Below, piece by piece: positions 60,601-64,000 of a stretch of DNA of 64,000 nucleotides. A model generated the notes under the pieces. The model ran no database searches. It saw only the letters and a list, made by a program, of their open reading frames with translations, and had not been told where the DNA came from. The position numbers and the translations under genes were made by a program. Positions within the stretch are counted from its first letter, which is position 1. Each line of letters begins with the position of its first letter. The stretch comes from Gekko japonicus (lineage: Eukaryota), in NCBI RefSeq assembly GCF_001447785.1, contig NW_015177030.1, positions 408,053 to 472,052 of the forward strand, in the 5' to 3' direction.

Positions 60601-63111
60601 GCGGGGGGGGTGGCTCCTTGGCCAGCGACTACGTGAACATGTCCCCCCTCAGCCGCTCGGCCTCCAGCACCCCGCCCGAGTACAGCCCCCTGCTGGCCCC
60701 TCCCGGCGCCGCGCCCTTCTACTCCCTGCCGCGCTCCTACAGGCGAGGGGGGAGGCCGCTCTCTTTCCCCTTCCACCCGGGGCGCCTCTCGAGCTCCTCG
60801 TCCACCAGCTCAGACAGCCTGGAGGAGTGGGTGGGCGCCCCGTGTTCGGCCCGTCCTCCTCCGAGGCTCCTGGTGGGGGGCAGAGCCACACCGGCCGCAC
60901 CCCGCAGCTCCGGCGAGTACATCAGCCTCGAATACGGCCCCCGAGCCCCCAGCTGTGTCCACTTGGAGCTCCAAGCCGTGCCGGCGGAGGTCAGCGAGGT
61001 GGCGGGGCCTCCTGGCGATGGTGCAGCGGTGCCGATGACCCGTCTGGTGCGAGCAGACGCCCCAGGGAGGCGACACCACGGACCGGAAGCCTTCCCTGAA
61101 GTGGAGCAGAACGGGGTGCAGCCCTGCGAGGCCGGGACTGAGCCAGGGCTGAACTATATTGACCTCGACCTGGTGAAGGAGGCCGGGGCGGAGGGGGGGC
61201 CCCCACTGCGTGCCGCTGCCGCCATCCCCAGCCAGGGCGGGGCCCTCCACACGTATGCCAGCATCGACTTCCACCGCCCGTGGGAGCTGCGTGGATGCCA
61301 GCCAGGCCCTGAGCAAGCCGGTGAGGGAGCAGGCCGGCACTTGAGCGGGGGAGACAGTGGGGGTTAGGGAGGGGAAGGAAGCTCTGGGCAGAGAGAAGAT
61401 CGGGCCGCCTGTTCTATGGCAAAGGAGACGCCTGTCTTCAGGGGTCATTTCCTAGAAAAAGAGGTGTAGGAGCTCATCTGCAGAACTCATTTGCATATGC
61501 CACACCCCCTGACAAAGGGCAGGCATGTTTAAAATGCAAAGGCAGAGAGGCGGGCGGGCTGGAGAAGGGGAGGGCAGGGAGGCAAACATGCCTTGCATTC
61601 AAACCCCCCCCCCCCCCGTTTCTCCACCAGCAGCCAGGAAAGGCCGGGGGTCGGGGCTCCTTACTGCCGGAGCGCCGCTCCGGGGTGCTCTAGCAGGAAA
61701 TGACCCCTGCCTGTCTTCCTGTCTTAAGTTTCACAACAGCCTTGCGAGGTAGGCTAATGAGGGAGGGGGCTGCTCTTCAGCTGTTGTCGAAGGAGGCCAC
61801 ACTGGCGAGTCTTTGGGCGTAGCCCTCTGAGTCAAACTGGGGACCCAAAATAACCTCTGCGATTGATGGGTGTCGTTTTGGGTGGTTACCGTGACCCCAA
61901 ATGCCACCCGAAGCTCTGTCTCCCCCCCTCCCAGCCCCAGGATTGTTCAGGCATCTCTTTTCCTGCTCTGGGGTGGGTTAGCCCCTTGACATTGTGGAAA
62001 TGGTGCACACCTTAAGTCACCGGTCCCCTAAATTTGTCGAAATCTGTACCGTGGCCCTGCCTGCGGTGGCCCCGGGGGTGTCTCTGGGCCGGATTTCTCT
62101 GGCTCTGCTAAAGAGTTGTCTTCCTGTTGCGCCTCCCCACCTGGCCACAGCCTGGTCTGGACCGCGAGTGGACCCTGTTCCTCTGTCCCCTTTCAACCAG
62201 GAAATGTTTTGTAACTTGAGGCAAGCTGCCCGTTTTCTGTGGGGTCTGCATTTCCACTTGGTGCCCACCCCACGGCGAACAAGAGTCCTCCCCTTCCTGG
62301 GCTTGGGCCTCCCTCCCAGCCAACTCTTCCCCTTTCCAGTCCTGCTTCAAGCTTCCTTCAAGAGCCAGTTTGGCGTCGTGGTTAAGTGTGCGGAGTCGGA
62401 CTCTAATCTGGGAGAACCGGGTTTGATTCCCCATTCCTCCACTTGCACCTGCTGGATGACCTTGTGCAAACCACAGTTCTCTCAGAGCTCTCTCAGCCCC
62501 ACCTGCCTCCCAGGTTGTCTGTTGTGGGGAGGGGAAGGGAGAGGAGTTTGCTCCCTAGTTCCGTTTTCCAGATGGGGAGGGGGGGTGCGTCAGGGATGCC
62601 TGAATCTGTTGGGGAAGGGGCCAGGCCCTTTCTCCCCCCTGTCTTTTCCGGCGCTCTCGCCCTCTTAGTTTGTAGCGGCGGAATCAGGAGTAGGGGCGAT
62701 GGCAGGACGCAGGCCTGTCCGGTGCCGCCGGACTCCTGGGCGCTTGTCCCAGGCCTCTAGCTTAGACATCTGCATCGAGTCCTCCCCCTTCCCCCCCCAT
62801 ATTTTTTGGGAGGCTTGTCCAGGGTGCGGGGGCCGATCCCTCCAAGGGTGCCACAGCAGGGCACGTGCTTTCTTCTGCGGCCTCTGGATCCGTTCTGCCT
62901 GCAGGGAGGTTCCGTCAGCCGTTTTGTTACATCTTGTGTCTGAATTGCGTTCCAGAAGGTGTGGAGGAGGAGGATGGGCTTGGTCCGCCAGTGTGCGCTC
63001 TTGGGCAGGATCCGTGGGTCTTTTCTGGAGCACCCTTTGAAAAGAGCTCCCCCCCCCCACCCTGAACTGAAACTGCTCCTTTTCCTTCTCTCTTTCATTC
63101 CAGAGTTGTGA
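54295..63111 (+). CDS. IRS3: Insulin receptor substrate 3; join(54295..54643,59621..61320,63104..63111) with an apparent 1-nt deletion near 60585-60612; ~685 aa if corrected
   Basis: PH domain [22 protein letters not shown]...[12 protein letters not shown] (IRS3-type); intron between PH and PTB as in rodent Irs3; IRS-type [38 protein letters not shown]; YxxM sites; LNYIDLDL; YASIDF. Syntenic with NYAP1/AGFG2. Confidence 0.88.
57886..58575 (-). mobile_element. CR1 LINE 3' end in IRS3 intron 1
   Basis: [42 protein letters not shown]; near-identical to the 21005-21550 copy. Confidence 0.9.
59010..59215 (-). mobile_element. hAT-type MITE family 1 (inverted copy)
   Basis: TIRs caatgctccctctaag / cttagggggaacactg; TSD atgctaaa/gtgctaaa. 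Confidence 0.82.
59621..61320 (+). CDS. IRS3: IRS3 exon 2 (PTB domain and tyrosine-motif tail; frameshift near 60600)
   Basis: Strong acceptor tctcttctctcctcttgcag|. ORFs 59776-60636 and 60342-61367 overlap and each carries IRS motifs. Donor CCG|gtgagg. Confidence 0.88.
61439..61709. mobile_element. hAT-type MITE family 3 in IRS3 intron 2
   Basis: TIRs caggggtcatttcct / aggaaatgacccctg; perfect 8-bp TSD cctgtctt at 61431-61438 and 61710-61717. Confidence 0.85.
63104..63111 (+). CDS. IRS3: IRS3 terminal coding mini-segment (E-L-stop), start of 3' UTR exon
   Basis: Long pyrimidine tract ...ctctttcattccag|AG TTG TGA; matches the phase-1 donor at 61320. Confidence 0.65.
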
Positions 63112-63734
63112 TGCCCCAGAAGCCGCCTCCGGAGAGACCCGGCTGGCCTCAGCTGCTCCTTGGCTGCCCCAGGGGGATTGGGGCCCCTCCTTCCCTCCCT
63201 CCTCCCTTCTCTCCCTGCGGCTGCCTGCCATGTGCCTTTTTTGGTGGGGAGGATAAAGCCCTTCCTGGACTCTGCCGGGGTCTCTCTCCCCCCCCACACA
63301 CCAAAGATGTGCTCTCTGTGTGTGCCCCCTCGTGCCTTGGCTGCCTGCCTGCCTGCCTGTGGGGTTGGGAGACTCCAGGTGAGCCCTCCCCCCAGGTTCC
63401 CCCCTCGAGTGCGGGCCTTGCTGCTCCGGCCCCGGCCCCAAAGAAGAGTGTGGGCCCTCTGTCCCCGGGTCTTGTTCACAAGCTGGCCCCTGTCTGCCCC
63501 CCCCCCCTCCACTGCCCCGGCTGAAGAGCCAGGGACTTCTTCCCCAGAGACTGGTGGGCCCTCCCCTNNNNNNNNNNNNNNNNNNNNNNNNNNNNNNNNN
63601 NNNNNNNNNNNNNNNNNNNNNNNNNNNNNNNNNNNNNNNNNNNNNNTGATTGAACACCCCCCCCCCCGCATGCAAACAGTCCCCTCCCTGTCTCTGGAAT
63701 TTGGAGTTGAACTACTTGGTTCCCGGTCCTGGGC

Positions 63735-63740
63735 AATAAA
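63735..63740 (+). terminator. Probable IRS3 polyadenylation signal AATAAA
   Basis: First AATAAA in the called sequence after the proposed stop, followed by T/C-rich sequence. Confidence 0.55.
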
Positions 63741-64000
63741 GGCACTTTGAAGACCAGCTCCTGTCTTCTGCTCTTCGCTCAAAGGACAAGAGGAGTCCCA
63801 ACGGCGGGGGCGGGGGCTTGGTTCACTCCCGAAGCACCCCTCTGCAGCCTGACCCACAGGAGAGGGCAATCTGGTTGTGGCTGCCAAGTACCCGGAGCTC
63901 ACCCCGCCTTGCGCCTTCGCTTGCTGTGGGTCACTGTGATGCAGCGTGGCAGTTTTTGTCTTCTCAAAAGGAAAGAGGGTCTTTCCTCCATGGATCCTGG

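Noticed and set aside
54295-61367. Calling the IRS gene IRS1, IRS2 or IRS4
   Set aside because: Those genes have no intron between PH and PTB. The DVRLCG-LRKQKSQ and ISKRADAR signature and NYAP1/AGFG2 synteny fit IRS3.

Overview
Vertebrate genomic DNA, almost certainly a squamate and probably a gecko, judging by the Sauria-type SINEs, RTE/BovB-like and CR1 LINEs and tRNA-SINEs. It is a gapped assembly with 5 N-runs. The window holds four spliced protein-coding genes, which I rebuilt by hand from GT-AG sites and codon phase: NYAP1 (+, 6 coding exons, 402-16361), AGFG2 (+, 12 exons, 29049-39256), a compact RHBDD1/RHBDL4-like rhomboid protease gene (-, 3 coding exons, 43387-42233) and IRS3 (+, 3 exons, 54295-63111, one apparent 1-nt frameshift). 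NYAP1-AGFG2-IRS3 matches the human 7q22 order, where IRS3 is a pseudogene. The main finding is the rhomboid. It lies head-to-head with IRS3 just as RHBDD1 lies with IRS1 in the NYAP2-IRS1-RHBDD1-AGFG1 block. It keeps the RHBDD1-type intron positions and the Ser-His catalytic dyad but lacks the ubiquitin/p97-binding tail. It is therefore a candidate whole-genome-duplication paralog of RHBDD1 that mammals lost. Other points: a long IRS3 with IRS1/2-like C-terminal motifs, a NYAP2-like N-terminal extension and three uORFs on NYAP1, Penelope-type hammerhead ribozyme relics, and hAT-type MITEs with 8-bp TSDs. All comparisons to human and rodent proteins are from memory, not database searches.
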